A DNA stretch of 48,636 nt from Welwitschia mirabilis (lineage: Eukaryota). The notes under the pieces are model-generated. The model was given only the letters and a program-made list of their open reading frames with translations. It made no database searches and was not told the origin of the DNA. Below, piece by piece: positions 1-12,985 of the stretch (position 1 is the stretch's first letter; each line of letters starts with the position of its first letter). Location: contig JBOZIK010000001.1 in NCBI GenBank assembly GCA_051453625.1, positions 24,869,997 through 24,918,632 of the forward strand, written 5' to 3'. Made by a program: the position numbers and the translations under genes.

Positions 1-1117
1 AAATCTTTGAGGGCCTCGATAGTCTTAGCCAAAAGGGCCTAGATATACTCTAATGAAGCTCCAACTATAGGTCTCTGTACCTAAGGTCTCTTTGCCTCTT
101 CTGATACCTGTATATCCATATCCTATAAATAGCAAGTAGAAGTCTGAATATGTAAGATACATCACTCACCTATGAGCTCTAGTATCCCAAATCGTCTGAA
201 CAAAGATGAGAGGAGGCATGGATAACGAAGTGTCTGTATATGTCCTGTCTCAATCATAGACCTAAGTCTCCTCTAGATAAAGGTCAATAAATCCATCTGC
301 TTCTCTTGATGGAAAGCTGTTAGAATCTGTAAATAAACAAACATAACATGACTATCATGGTATGATGAACTAATGTTATGAATCAGTCCTTTGTGCAAAA
401 CTCTGTATGCGAGGGTCAACCGGGTCACATTTCCCNNNNNNNNNNNNNNNNNNNNNNNNNNNNNNNNNNNNNNNNNNNNNNNNNNNNNNNNNNNNNNNNN
501 NNNNNNNNNNNNNNNNNNNNNNNNNNNNNNNNNNNCCCCCCCCCCCCCCCCCCCCCCCCGCCCCCCGCCCCGCCCCGTCGATCAGTGATAAATCAGCTGG
601 AATGTCTAAAATAGAACCATAAGCTCGAGGATCCTCTGTTTCACTAGCTGAATGAATATGCAAGCTCCTAAGTCCTCTAAGATCTATGATGACTACAATG
701 TGAGATGGGAGGATAGCTATCTTGTGGTCTCAAATGTATGTAACTATCATGTCCTATAGCTGACCACGAGTGTCTCGTCACCTTTCTATATGCATGATGT
801 CATAGAACTCTCTCATCTCAGAAGCATAATATGCACCATGTGCATCTATGATCCATCTAAGCTATAACTTTGTAAATATTTGATCAATCTCTGGCTCTAT
901 GCAGCTCATGAAATATCCAAAGTATCTCTTGACCCGAATGCTAGCTGTCTGTATGCTCAAAGATCGTCCGTGTCGAGGTGGCAGTTGTGTGGGCTCTGCA
1001 TGCTGTATCTTAGGCTTGACTAGAGAATGCCTACTATTCTATAAGCTCAGCTGAATCTTTTGCCTATCTAGCTCTACAAGTACGTGGCCTACTCCACCGC
1101 AAACATAAACTCGTCAT
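1..1117 (-). pseudogene. Accessory (env-position) ORF of family A element, degenerate
   Basis: Minus-strand translation contains ASEMREFYDIM and YPCLLSSLFRRFGI. Collinear with the ORF at about 45800-47027. Confidence 0.6.
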
Positions 1118-3847
1118 GCAAAAACAGATAAACAAGTTAAAAACGTCACATGGATGCACAATAACGACCTCTAAAATCGATGAAAAATTATCAAAAGTAC
1201 TAAAAATATGTCCTACCCTCCTTAAAAGATGCAATGCATCCCGAATTACCTAATTGTAAAAAGTCCCAAAACTGTGTATGTAGTGGGCCCCACAAGAAGT
1301 AAAAAATCGTAGTACTCAAATGAAAAATCTAATCTAGCAAAGTCGTAGATGACATCGCACTGATCAATTTTGCCTAAAGCACCACTATGATTTAACTTAC
1401 AGTTTGCGAGAAAATGAGTGTAAAGAGTAAAAGCCTGAAAATACCTCATAATATGCAAAAGTGATCATAACTTGAAAATATGCCCCGCAACCCGTCGCCG
1501 ATGTATGGTGGAAAACCATATCAATTTGATAACTATACCATATAGTAGGGGAGGGATCGGTAGTTCTTGTAAGAATTCACCATCCATCTTGCCTTGTCAG
1601 TTTCCAGTTGCTTACCTTCCATTGTGCAGTCAACTACATGTGGTTATATATGCGTGATGAGTTTGATCGCAAAAGCATGTATGCTTGGCACATGCATAAG
1701 CATAGTTATATGCTCCTCTGATAGAACTCATAACACAGCTAGTCCCTCATACAAAGCTCTCCATGCCCCTCTTCTTTTTATTCTATATAGTACAGTACAG
1801 TACAATGCGGTACGGTATGCACCTATTGGTGGGTTTATTTTCGTACAATGGTAGACCTTTCCCATCCACACCCCAATAGCATATTAATAATTGTTATATC
1901 TACACCTAAAACAAATAATACCACACTACCCGCTGCCTCTCTAGGGCCCTCATCCAACTAGAGGTAAGCAACCAGCGGGGGTAATATCGGGTCAATGGTT
2001 GCTACAGGCAGTATTGGGGGAGTGTAACATCTATTATGTTGTAAGGATCCCACATAGTATTTGGATTCACCTCCTCAAATCTGTAAGTCCCAAGACAAAG
2101 AGCGTGAAAAACTAAATAATATACATCAAAACTACCCGTCGAAAGGCTAAAAAACGAGAGAAAAAAATGAAAAATCAGGAGCAGAGAGAAACATACCTCA
2201 TTTTTGCAAATTTGAAGAAATCTTGTAATTCTAGTAATGAAATCAGACAAGACAAGTTCTAAAATGCCAATACTAGCCAAAGGGGTTATCTTCTCTTAAA
2301 AGAATGAAGGAAAACAATGAGAAAATGAATGAAAATGAGGAAAAATGGTTTGGACCATGCTTTTATCAGATTGTCATCCGCTCGCGTCATCTAGACGACA
2401 GCCATAGAATGACTGTTAGAAAAATCAGGTCATCGTCTGGCACATTATCACTTGAATGACAAGGTGGATGACGAGACACCAAAATCAAAAGGAAAAGATC
2501 AGCCATGAAAGTTAGGCTCGGGTAGAATCATTGAAGTGACGATTCTAAAAAGGAGAAAAAGATAGAAATCTGAAAATCACATAGAAAACACAAAAACCAG
2601 TAAAACCAAAGGAAAAGGGATAGAAACACACAAAAGGAAAAACTACGATTAAAGAAAATAGACTATCTAGATTGAAAACCTATAATAAAGACTGAATGAA
2701 TGTGCTTAAATAGAAAAATGAAAGCATAATAGACTTAGAAATCAATAATCCTACAAGGAAACTCATGAAGACTGTGGAAAATATGTTCTTTTAAATAATT
2801 TTTTATCAAAATTTATTTTTAAAAAAGTGTTTTATCATAATTGAACAGCAAGAAAACTACTAAATGATGAAAGTCCTAAGAAGAAATAAGAAAATGCAGA
2901 AATAACTTTGAAACAGTAGACTCAAAAACTAAAGAAAACCAGAGTAAAAATGGACATAAGGAATAAGGAGAAGATTGTTTACCTATCATAAGTACTAACC
3001 TAGCAAACTCCCAGGAAAAACATTATAACATCACTTGAGTAAATATGCATGAAAAAATGTATTAACTCCATAAAGTTTATTTGAAAAGGCAATGGTTATA
3101 GTGATATCCAAAGCTTCACGTGTGTAGAATAATGAATGCTAAAACCAAAAGTTACTTAGAAATGAACTCACTTGCCTCTACTCCACAAACTCACTAGAAT
3201 ATCCAAAAGTGAAATAATCCAATGGGAATCCTAAGAGTCTAAGAAACAAGCAATGCCTCTGATGATACCAGAAACATCACTGATCCCTAATCTCAAAGTG
3301 TTTATTTCTTTTTCCATGATGAGAGGAGCGCAATCATTATCAGAGGAGTAAGGACCTATGAAGCATGGCCAACTGAGCCCCCATTAGAGTTCCCACAGCT
3401 ATCATATTACACTGCTAAAGGCTCCTCTTAAAAATGTTTGCCCTAATGTACTTGCGATAGGACATCATGGTGACCATATTTTTGAGATAGCACAAATAGA
3501 AAACATCCTGGCCTTTATTTCACACTTTTTTTTTCGAGCAATTCTCATATAATCACACACCCAAAAAGAAAAAAAACGAAGGTGAATAAGTGAGATAAAA
3601 GACAAAAAAGAATACTTCCAAGTAATCTAAGATTTAAAAACCCTTGAAAAAAACACAAGAAACTGAGACATCTTCCTTTAAATATAGTTCATAGACATGG
3701 GAATGTCTCAATATTGGGTGAATCCAATTTTATCACCTGTAAATGCCCAAGTATAAAACTAATTATGATACTTTATGAAGTAATAAGTTTGAAAGATGAT
3801 TAGGTAATATCATAATATTTAACCAAAGGAGTAGGCTAAGAAAGAAC

Positions 3848-6800
3848 TTAAACAATGATAGGAAGGAAGTCCTCCTCACCAAGGGGAACCTCAAAAATAA
3901 GTGCTTCTACAATGTTCACAGTTGCATCTAAAGATTCCTTATATAATTTCAACCATTGTCCATTAATCTTCTGAATCTCTTTAGTTTCTAAATTTAAAAT
4001 TTTAACTGAGCCATTAAAATGCACTTTCTTTATGTAATAATTACTTAACCATTTAGAGGTTAACTTGTTATTCAAATGGTGAACTCTAGTATTATATAAT
4101 AAGATAAGTTGACCAGGTTTAAACTTTTAATGAAAAATCCTTTTATTATTTTTGAACTTTACTTAGGCTTTATGAATTAATTGATGATGTATGGTACTAA
4201 TTCTTTTTTTATCAAGATGATCTAATTGGGCTAACCTATATTAAGATTTTTAACAAAATCCACAAGATTTAGTTGATAAGATGTACGATAAGAATTGTAA
4301 CACACATTAACCGGTAAGACATAAACTTTATCATAAATAAGTTAGTAAGGTGAGAAACTAAGAGAAGTACGCTAAATAGTATGATAGGCCCAAAATACAT
4401 TGTTAAGCTTAGAAGGCCAAGACTTTTTATTAAGAAAGACAAGTTTTTGAAGCATTTTCTTTATTTCTCTATTAGCATTTTCAGCTTGTCCATTCATCTG
4501 AGGATAATAAGCATAAGCTATTATATGTTCAATACTAATGGACAGAAGAAGTTTTTTAAAAATTGAATTAATAAAATGAGTACTATGATCATTAATGATG
4601 ACTCTAGGGAAACCAAACCTTTGAAATATATAAGATCTAAGAAAATGATAGATAGTTCAAGCATCATTCAAAGAAGTAGGTATGGCTTCAACCCATTTAG
4701 TCACGTAATTAATAGCTACTAAAATGTAATTTTTATTAAAAGAAGATGGGTGAATAGGGGCCATGAAATTAATACCCCAATAATCAAAAGTCTCACACTC
4801 CAGAATAGGTTTAACGGGCATTTCCTGTGAATGAACAAGGCTACCAAAACACTGACAAGAATCACACCTTCTAACAAAATCAAACAAATTACAAAAGAGA
4901 AGGCAGTAAAAACTATAATGAAGGATTTTCATGGCAGTTTTATGTCCACTAAAATGTCTTCCACAAATACCACTATAATAAAGATGAAGAATCTTAGGTA
5001 TTTCCCAATCGGGCACACATTTTCTCATAATCTGGTCTTTGTACCTATGGTACAAATGTGGCTCGATCCACTCATAGTCACCTATACAATGAAGAAAATA
5101 TTTATGCTGATGATAGGTTCAATGTTGTGGTGTTTTTATGGTTACAAGATAGTTGACAATATCATCATATCATGGAGGAGGATGAGAAGAAGAAATAGCA
5201 AAAAGCTACTCATCAAGAAAGGAATCATCAATGAGAATGCCATGTAGAGAAGAAGGAAGTCGAGACAAATGATCAGAAATAGAATTATGCTTTCCTATTT
5301 TATCTATGATGGTCAAATAAAATTATTGCATAAAAAGGATCCATTTGATCAAATAGGCGCTAGAGTCTTTCTTGGTCATGAAGTAATGAATGGATGCATG
5401 ATTGGTATAAACATTCATGTGAAAGCTTAAAAGATAGTATCTAAGAGAATCAAGAAAAAAGATAATGTCAAGCATTTTTTTACTATAGTAGTGTAGTACA
5501 TCTGAGCTCTAGATAATGACTTACTATGGTAAGATATAACTTTGAAGTCCTTCTCATACTCTTAGTAAAGAACCCCACCCATGGTAAAATTGCTAGCATC
5601 ACACATAAGCTTAAAGTCAAGTGCCTAATTAGGTCCCATTACTATAGGAGCATGAGATAATTTATGTTTAAGCCTATCAAAAGCAATTTAACAAGATTCA
5701 TTCCATTTGAATTTGGCATCTTTCTCAAGTAACGGGTGAAGGGGTTTACAAATAGAAGCATAATTATAAATGAACCAATGGTAAAAACCACAATGACCAA
5801 GGAACGATCTCATTTGTTTAACATTTATAGGGGGATTAAGATTTTGAATAATACTAACTTTAGAAACATCCACCTTAATTCCTTCCCAAGAAATGTGATG
5901 ACCTAAAATAATGCCACTCTCTATAAGAAAATAACTCTTTTATCAACTCAAGTAGNNNNNNNNNNATCGATCTAAGACTTTCTCTAAATGATCTAAGATT
6001 TGCTCAAAAGTTTTGACATAGATAGAGAAGTCTTCTATAAAAATCTTTATGAAATCCTTAAGTATATTAAAAAAAGTACTCATCATAGCATGCTAAAAGG
6101 TACCAAGAGCATTGCAAAGTCTGAAAGGCATGCTTCTAAAGGCAAAGGTACTAAAAGAAGTGGTGAAGGTAGTTTTAGCTTTCCCTAAATTATATCAAGA
6201 ATTTTATTAAGAAAAGGTAAAGGACGGTGGTCTTTTTTAGTTACCTCATTTAGTTTTTAGAAGTTATGCATACACGTCATTTCCCAATCTTTTTAGGTAC
6301 TACTATTAAGGGGCTAACCCACTCACTATCAGCAATGGAGTAAATAATTCTAGCATCTATAAGTTTTATGATTTCATCTTTTACAATTTTCTTTAGGGCT
6401 AGATTTACTCTATACTGGGGTTACCTCATAGGTTTTGCATTTTCTTTAAGGTAGATGTTATATTACACAATGGAAGTGGAAATGGTTGATAGATCATTAT
6501 GAGATTAAGAAAATGCATAAACCTTTGATTGTAAGAGAGAAATGAGATTAGTTTCTTATTGAGATGAGAGATTTTTATTGATAATCAAAGGTTTATTTAG
6601 ATCTGTATTTATAAAAATGTATTTTACTCCACTGGCTAAAGGTTTTAGGTTTAAGTTAAGGTTCAGACTTCTGGTTTTTGGAAAATTTTCAAAAACGTTA
6701 ACTGTCATCTTAGATTGTCATCCAGACGTCAGTATTAGATGGCTAATCTTAACATAATAATTCTCAGGGTTTTTAGTTTTTTGGACATCAGAATAATTTA

Positions 6801-8352
6801 TAGACTTAAACTTACTCCTCCTCAAATCAGAAAACTCAGTTGGAAAATGGTCAAACTCAAGTTGTTCGTTAAGCACATAAAGTGATCCACTTTCATTTAA
6901 TCATCAAACAAGATTAAATCATGAAGCATGAATCATCTCTCCTCAAGTGGATGGTGTTATAAAAATAAGATTGGTTTTATTTCTTCCTTCACATCTAAAT
7001 CTTTGCCTAAATCATTTTTTGCCACATCAAACACTCTTATTAAAAATTGTTTATTTCCGAAATGGCACTTCATCAATTCAGTAGTTGTGTCTAGTATGCA
7101 ATGAGCTGTTACACAATAAGCTCTACTTAGAAATAGGGGATATCTACCATGATGCTCAACTTCTAAAACAACCACATCAATTGGGTAAAAGGATTTCTCT
7201 ATTTAAATGACTAAGTTCTTAATCACATCTAAAGATTTCTTGATGGATGTATTGACTAACTCTAAGATAATGCATGTAGGCTCTACTCTTTGTTCTAATC
7301 CAAGACGTTGACAAATGTGCAAGGGCATAATATTGACACTAGCTCCTCTATCTATCAAGGCTTTCTTAATTCTATGGTTTTCCTCTAAAGTGATACTAAC
7401 TATTATTGCCCCTAGGTCTTTAAACTTTAGACACTTTTTCTAAACCAAGTTGCTAATGGATTGAGCTAGGAAGGCCTTACTAAGAATGGTTCATTTTTGT
7501 TTCCTTCTTATTAGGTCTTTTCATGGCTTAGAGTATTTTGGATTCTCTTATAGAAGTTTCCAAAAATTTAAGTTAGTACTCACATTTACATTAAGGCTTC
7601 TAAATGATCATCAAATATGGGATTTACATTAAACCTATCAAGCCATGAAGTAGCGAGTTTCTTTTGTGAAGGATATTTTTTTGATTGCTAAGTGAGAAAG
7701 GAAAGGAATGGTTTTCTAAGATTTCTATGTCCTCTTTTTCATTATTTTTGTCATTTTAGGAAGTTAAAGCCTCATGGGTTATGTCATTTTCACTCCTTGT
7801 CACCACCTTACAATCTTTTCTTACTTCATTAGGGTTCTGTAAAGGTTGAGTGGTAAGGGTCCCTTGTGGTCTTTGATTGGTAAGCATGGTTTGTTATAAA
7901 ATACTTATAAGATTTTCTATGTTTGCATTTATTTTATTTTAAGTTTTTCTCAACTCTTCACTAGATTTCCTAAGAGGATCACTATAGTTTTAGACGTTGC
8001 AAGGGCTTAACAAGTTATTTAGATAGTTGAATTAAAAGTTTGAATGTTCAAATCTATTTTTGAAAGGCTAAAGTTAGGATGATGTGTTTGAAAATTTCTA
8101 GAATTTGCTTGCCCACTCATCCTATTTTAAAAATTGTTATTTTGGACTTCTCTTTAGTTGTGGTTTTGCATGTAGTTAAAAAGTCTTTAGTTAAATACAC
8201 AAACTTTCTCATAGATTATTTCTTTGTAAGTAGGAAGTAAAGGGAAATATTTTGTAACATGATAACTATTTTCACATAAATTACATGTTGGAACAATAAC
8301 TTCACTCTTTTTGGTTATCATTTTAGCATCAAGGATCATTTGGATATATTTC
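3848..8352 (-). pseudogene. Athila-like gag(C-term)-PR-RT-RNaseH-integrase pseudogene (copy A)
   Basis: ORF fragments 6957-7175 (protease), 5688-5873 (RT/RH, RSFLGHCGFY), 4657-5055 (integrase) and 3848-4075 (integrase C-terminus, KINGQWLKLY). Collinear with copy B. Confidence 0.88.
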
Positions 8353-8452
8353 NNNNNNNNNNNNNNNNNNNNNNNNNNNNNNNNNNNNNNNNNNNNNNNN
8401 NNNNNNNNNNNNNNNNNNNNNNNNNNNNNNNNNNNNNNNNNNNNNNNNNNNN

Positions 8453-11400
8453 TAGTAAAAAGCTGCTCATCAGGAAAGGAATCATTAATGAGAATGTTAT
8501 CTGGAGGAGAAGGAAGTCAAGACAAATGATCGGCAATAGAATTGTGCTTCCTTGCTTTATCTATGATGGTTAAATTAAATTTTTGCATAATAATAATCCA
8601 TCTAATTAAATGGGCATTAGAATCTTTCTCAGTCATGAGGTAACAAATAGCAGCATGATCAGTATAAACATTTATGTAAAATCCTAAAAGATAGTGTTTT
8701 AGATAATCAAGGCAAAAGATAATGGCAAGCATCTCTTTCTCTGTAGTGGTGTAATTCATCTGAGCTCTAAACAATGATTTGCTATGGTAAGATATAACTT
8801 TAAAATCATTCTCATACTTTGGCAAAGAACCCCACCCACGACAAAGTTACTAGCATCACACATAAGATCAAAGTCAAGTGCTCAATTGGGTCCCCTTACT
8901 ATAGGAGTATAAGATAATCTATGTTTAAGCCTATCGAAAGCAATTTGACAAGATTCATTCCATTCGAATTTAGCATCTTTTTCTAGTAATGAATGAAGGG
9001 GTTTATAAATAGAAGCATAATCACGAATGAATCAAAGGTAAAAATCACAATGACCAAGGAAAGATTGGATCTATTTAACATTTGTAGGGGAACTAAAATT
9101 TGGAATAATACCAACTTTAGAAGCATCCATCTTAATTCCCTTCCAAAACATATGGTGACCTAAAATAATGCCACTCTCTATAAGAAAATAACTATTTTCC
9201 CAACTCAAGTGGAGGCCACTAGAAAGGTATCGATCTAAGACTCTCTCTAAATAATTTAAGATTTATTCAAAAGTTTCAGCATAGATAGAGAAATCATCTA
9301 TGAAAATCTCAATGAAATCCTCAAGAATATCAGAAAAGATACCCATCATAGCATGATGAAAAATACTAGGAGCATTACAAAGTCCAAAAGGCAAGCATTT
9401 AAAGGCAAAGGTACTGAAAGGAGATGTGAAAGTTATTTTATTTTTGTCCTCAGTGGTAATGTAAACATGATTGTAACTGCTATAATCATCAAGGAAACAG
9501 TAAAAAGCATGAACCTGAATCCTATCAAGAATTTAATCGAGAAGGGCAAAGGATAGTAGTCTTTTTTAGTTACCTCCTTTAGTTTTCTGAAGTCTATGCA
9601 CATGCACCATTTCCCACCCTTTTTAGGTACTACTGTTAAGGAACTAACCCACTCACTATAAACAATGGAGTAAATGAATCCATCATCCATAAGTTTTATG
9701 ATTTTATCTTTTACAATTTACTTTAGGGTTGGATTGAGTCTATGTTAAGGTTGCCTCATAGGTTTAGCATTTTCTTTGAGGTACATTTTATGTTGCACAA
9801 TGGAAGTGGGTATGGCTGACAAATCTTTATGAGACCAAGCAAATGCATGAACCTTTGCTTCTAAAAGAGAGATAAGATCGAATTCTTATTAAGGTAAAAG
9901 ATTTTTGTTGATAATTAATGGTTTATTCATATATTTATTCAGAAAAATGTACTTTAGTTCACTGTCTAAAGGTTTTAGGTTCAGGTTTGAATTTAGACTT
10001 TTGGTTTCAATAAAATTTTCGGAGAAGCTGACTATCGTCTCAGACTTTCATTCAAATGGCAATAGTAGATGATGCACCTCAGAACAAGAATTCTTAGGGT
10101 TTTCAATCTCTCGAACTTCAAAATAGTTTATAGACTTAGACTCACTACTTCCCAGATTAGAAACCTTAGTTGAGAGATGAACAAACTCAAGTTAATCATT
10201 AAGCACATAAAGGTAGTCTACTTCCGATTTATCATTAAACAAGATTGGCTCATGAATCATGGTCCATCTCTCCTTAAGTGGATGATGCTGTAAAGTAGGG
10301 TTGATTTTATTTCTTCCTCCAAACTTAAATCATTGCATAAATCTTTTTTGGCAACATCAAACACTCTTATCAAAAGCTGTTTATTCCCAAAATGGAACTT
10401 CATCAATCTGATTCTTATATCTATTATGCAATGGGCTGTTGCAGAGAAAGCTCTACCTAAAAGTAGGGGATATTCACCATGGTGCTCAACTTTTAAAACA
10501 AATACATCAATGGGGTAGAAGGCTTCCTCTATCTGAATGACTAAGTCCTTGATCACACCTAATGGTTTCTTCATGGATGTATCAGCTAACTCCAAGATAA
10601 TGTGTGTAGGCTCTACTCTTTCTTTAAAACCAAGGCATTGACAAATGTGCAAGGGCATAATGTTAATACTAGCTCCTATATCAATCAAGGCTTTCTTAAT
10701 TCTATGGTTTCATTCTAAAGTAATACTCATGATTGCCGCCCCTAGATCTTTAAACTTTGGATCTTTTTTTATTACCAAGTTGCTAATGGATTGAGCTAGA
10801 AAGAATTTACTAGGGATGGTTCATTTTTATTTCATTATTATTAGATCTTTCGATAGCTTGGAGTATCTTGGATTTTCTTATAAAAGTTTTCAAAAAGGTA
10901 AGTTGATGCCTACATTTTACATTAAGGCTTTCAAATAATCATCAAAGATGGGGTTTGTGTTAAGCCTATCAAGCCATGGGGTAGTAGGTTTCTTTTNNNN
11001 NNNNNNNNNNNNNNNNNNNNNNNNNNNNNNNNNNNNNNNNNNNNNNNNNNNNNNNNNNNNNNNNNNNTCATCATCATTTTTGTCACTTTGAGAAGTTAAA
11101 GCCTCATTGGTAGGGAGAGTTGTGTTATTTCCACTTCTTATCACTACCTTACAATCTTTTCTTAGTTTATTAGGGTTTGGTAAAGATTGAGTGGCAAGTG
11201 ACTCTTATGGTCTTTGATTGGCAAGCATCGTTTATTGTAAAATACTCACAAGATTTTCTATGTGGGTGTTGTCTTCTTTTGAGTTTTTCTCAACTCCTTA
11301 ATGGAATTCCTAATAGGATCACTATGGNNNNNNNNNNNNNNAGGGTTTACCAAGTTGTTTGGATTGTTGGATTGAAAGTTTAAATGTTCAAATCTATTTC

Positions 11401-12470
11401 TCAAAGTTTGAAAGTTAGGATGATGTTTTGAAAATTTCTATAGTTTAGTTGCTCACTCATCCTATGTTGAAAGTTGTAATTTTTGGCTTGTATTTGGTTG
11501 TGGCTTTGAATGTAGTTGGAAGGTCTTTGGTTAAAGGCACAAACTTCCTCATAGATTTTCTCTTTGTAAGTAGGAAGTAAAGGGTAATCCTTTGTGACAT
11601 ACAAATCGCATGTCAGAACAACAACTTCACTCTTCTCAGTTACCACTTTAGCATCAAGGATCATCTAGGTGTATTTATCTAAGGTAGAAGTAAAATCCTT
11701 AATGATGCTAATTAGTTAATTTTCTATTTTGGTTTCATTCTTCTCATGTTTAACTTCTTTTAGGTCCTTAATGATTTGGCCTAATATTTGGTTTTCTCTA
11801 AAGGAGGGTTTAGGGTAGGTTTGAATTACTTCCACTAAATTTTTCAACACCTTTCAAGCATCTTCTAGGGTTTGGTTTAACAGGTTGCCTCCACAAGAAA
11901 AATCTACGAGTTGTTTGGTATGACTATTTAACTCACTATAAAAGTGGTCAACTAACTCTACCTCTGAAAAGGAATCTATAGGATTTGAATGTAAAGCAAC
12001 AAAGAATCGCTTATAAGTAGATGCACAGTCTTCATTAGGTAACTGTTGGAAGTTGATAACTTCTTTCTTACACTTCCAGATGATGATTTCACTCATGAAT
12101 CTATATATGAAGGCTTCTTGAACTTGACTCCAAGTTTTAAGGCATTTATGGGGAATCGTTCTAAGCCAAAATTTTGCTTTATCTCTCAAGGTGATGGGAA
12201 AGATAACCATATAGGTTCTATGAGTATTGGGTTGAAAAGGAATGGACGTAGGGGTTCCAATAATAGGAGGTGGATTTGGAAAGATAGGTTGTTTAAGCTT
12301 TTATTTTAAGATTGACATGGTAGAAAAATCAAACTCTCTAGAAATAAAAATGGAAATTGTAGAGAATTCAAAATGTTATGTACCTTCACTATTTTTATCT
12401 ATTTCTATTTCAAGATTTATCAAATCTTTTCTGATGTTTTCAGCAATCAACAGTCGCTCTCTATAGTATT
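8453..12470 (-). pseudogene. Athila-like gag-PR-RT-RNaseH pseudogene (copy B)
   Basis: ORF fragments 11854-12210 (gag), 10257-10688 (protease), 9433-9690 (RT N-part, SEWVSSLTVVPKKGGKW) and 8517-8825 (RNase H). Many stops and frameshifts. Confidence 0.88.
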
Positions 12471-12961
12471 TTTTTTATACTAGACTTAACCATTCATACT
12501 CTGTCTTAGATCTATAAAAGTATTATTGCTTTAGTCATCTGGACAATATCCTAGATGATAGAAATACAGAAACCACAAGAAAAGAAAAAGTAGAAAATAG
12601 AAATGAAAAATTAACTTTTTAACATAGTAAAGATTCAGAAAACAGTCTATCATTCACCTGGTTGTTTGGATGACAAAGAGGACGATGGAACTAGAATCTT
12701 AAAAATTTAAACAAAAAACTAAAATAGAAAAAACTTGCGGCACAGAGGCCATCATCTCCATAAGTTATCTGGATGACAGAGCATATGATAAAACTTTTTA
12801 TTGTAAAACAGAAAAAATAGAATTTGATTTAAAAAATAGAAAACTGACTCTGTAAAAATGGGAATTACCCTACTGCAGGTACCATTACATCACTGCTACA
12901 GTAAGCATCCAAATTGAAATACTTACCAAAGCAATGACAGCTCTTAAACTCTAAGCAGCCT

Positions 12962-12980
12962 TCCCTAGTAATGGCGCCAA
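12962..12980 (-). other. Primer binding site, Athila type (tRNA-Asp)
   Basis: Minus strand reads TTGGCGCCATTACTAGGGA, a transition-eroded form of TTGGCGCCGTTGCCGGGGA. Confidence 0.8.
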
Positions 12981-12985
12981 GATAT

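Noticed and set aside
1654-1721. C/D box snoRNA-like GTGATGA...CTGA
   Set aside because: No convincing terminal stem and no rRNA-complementary guide that I could recognise.
3259-3280. CTGATGA...GAAAC resembling a hammerhead ribozyme core
   Set aside because: No stem II between the boxes, no flanking stems found, and the GAAA is not kept in the homologous copy at about 48551.
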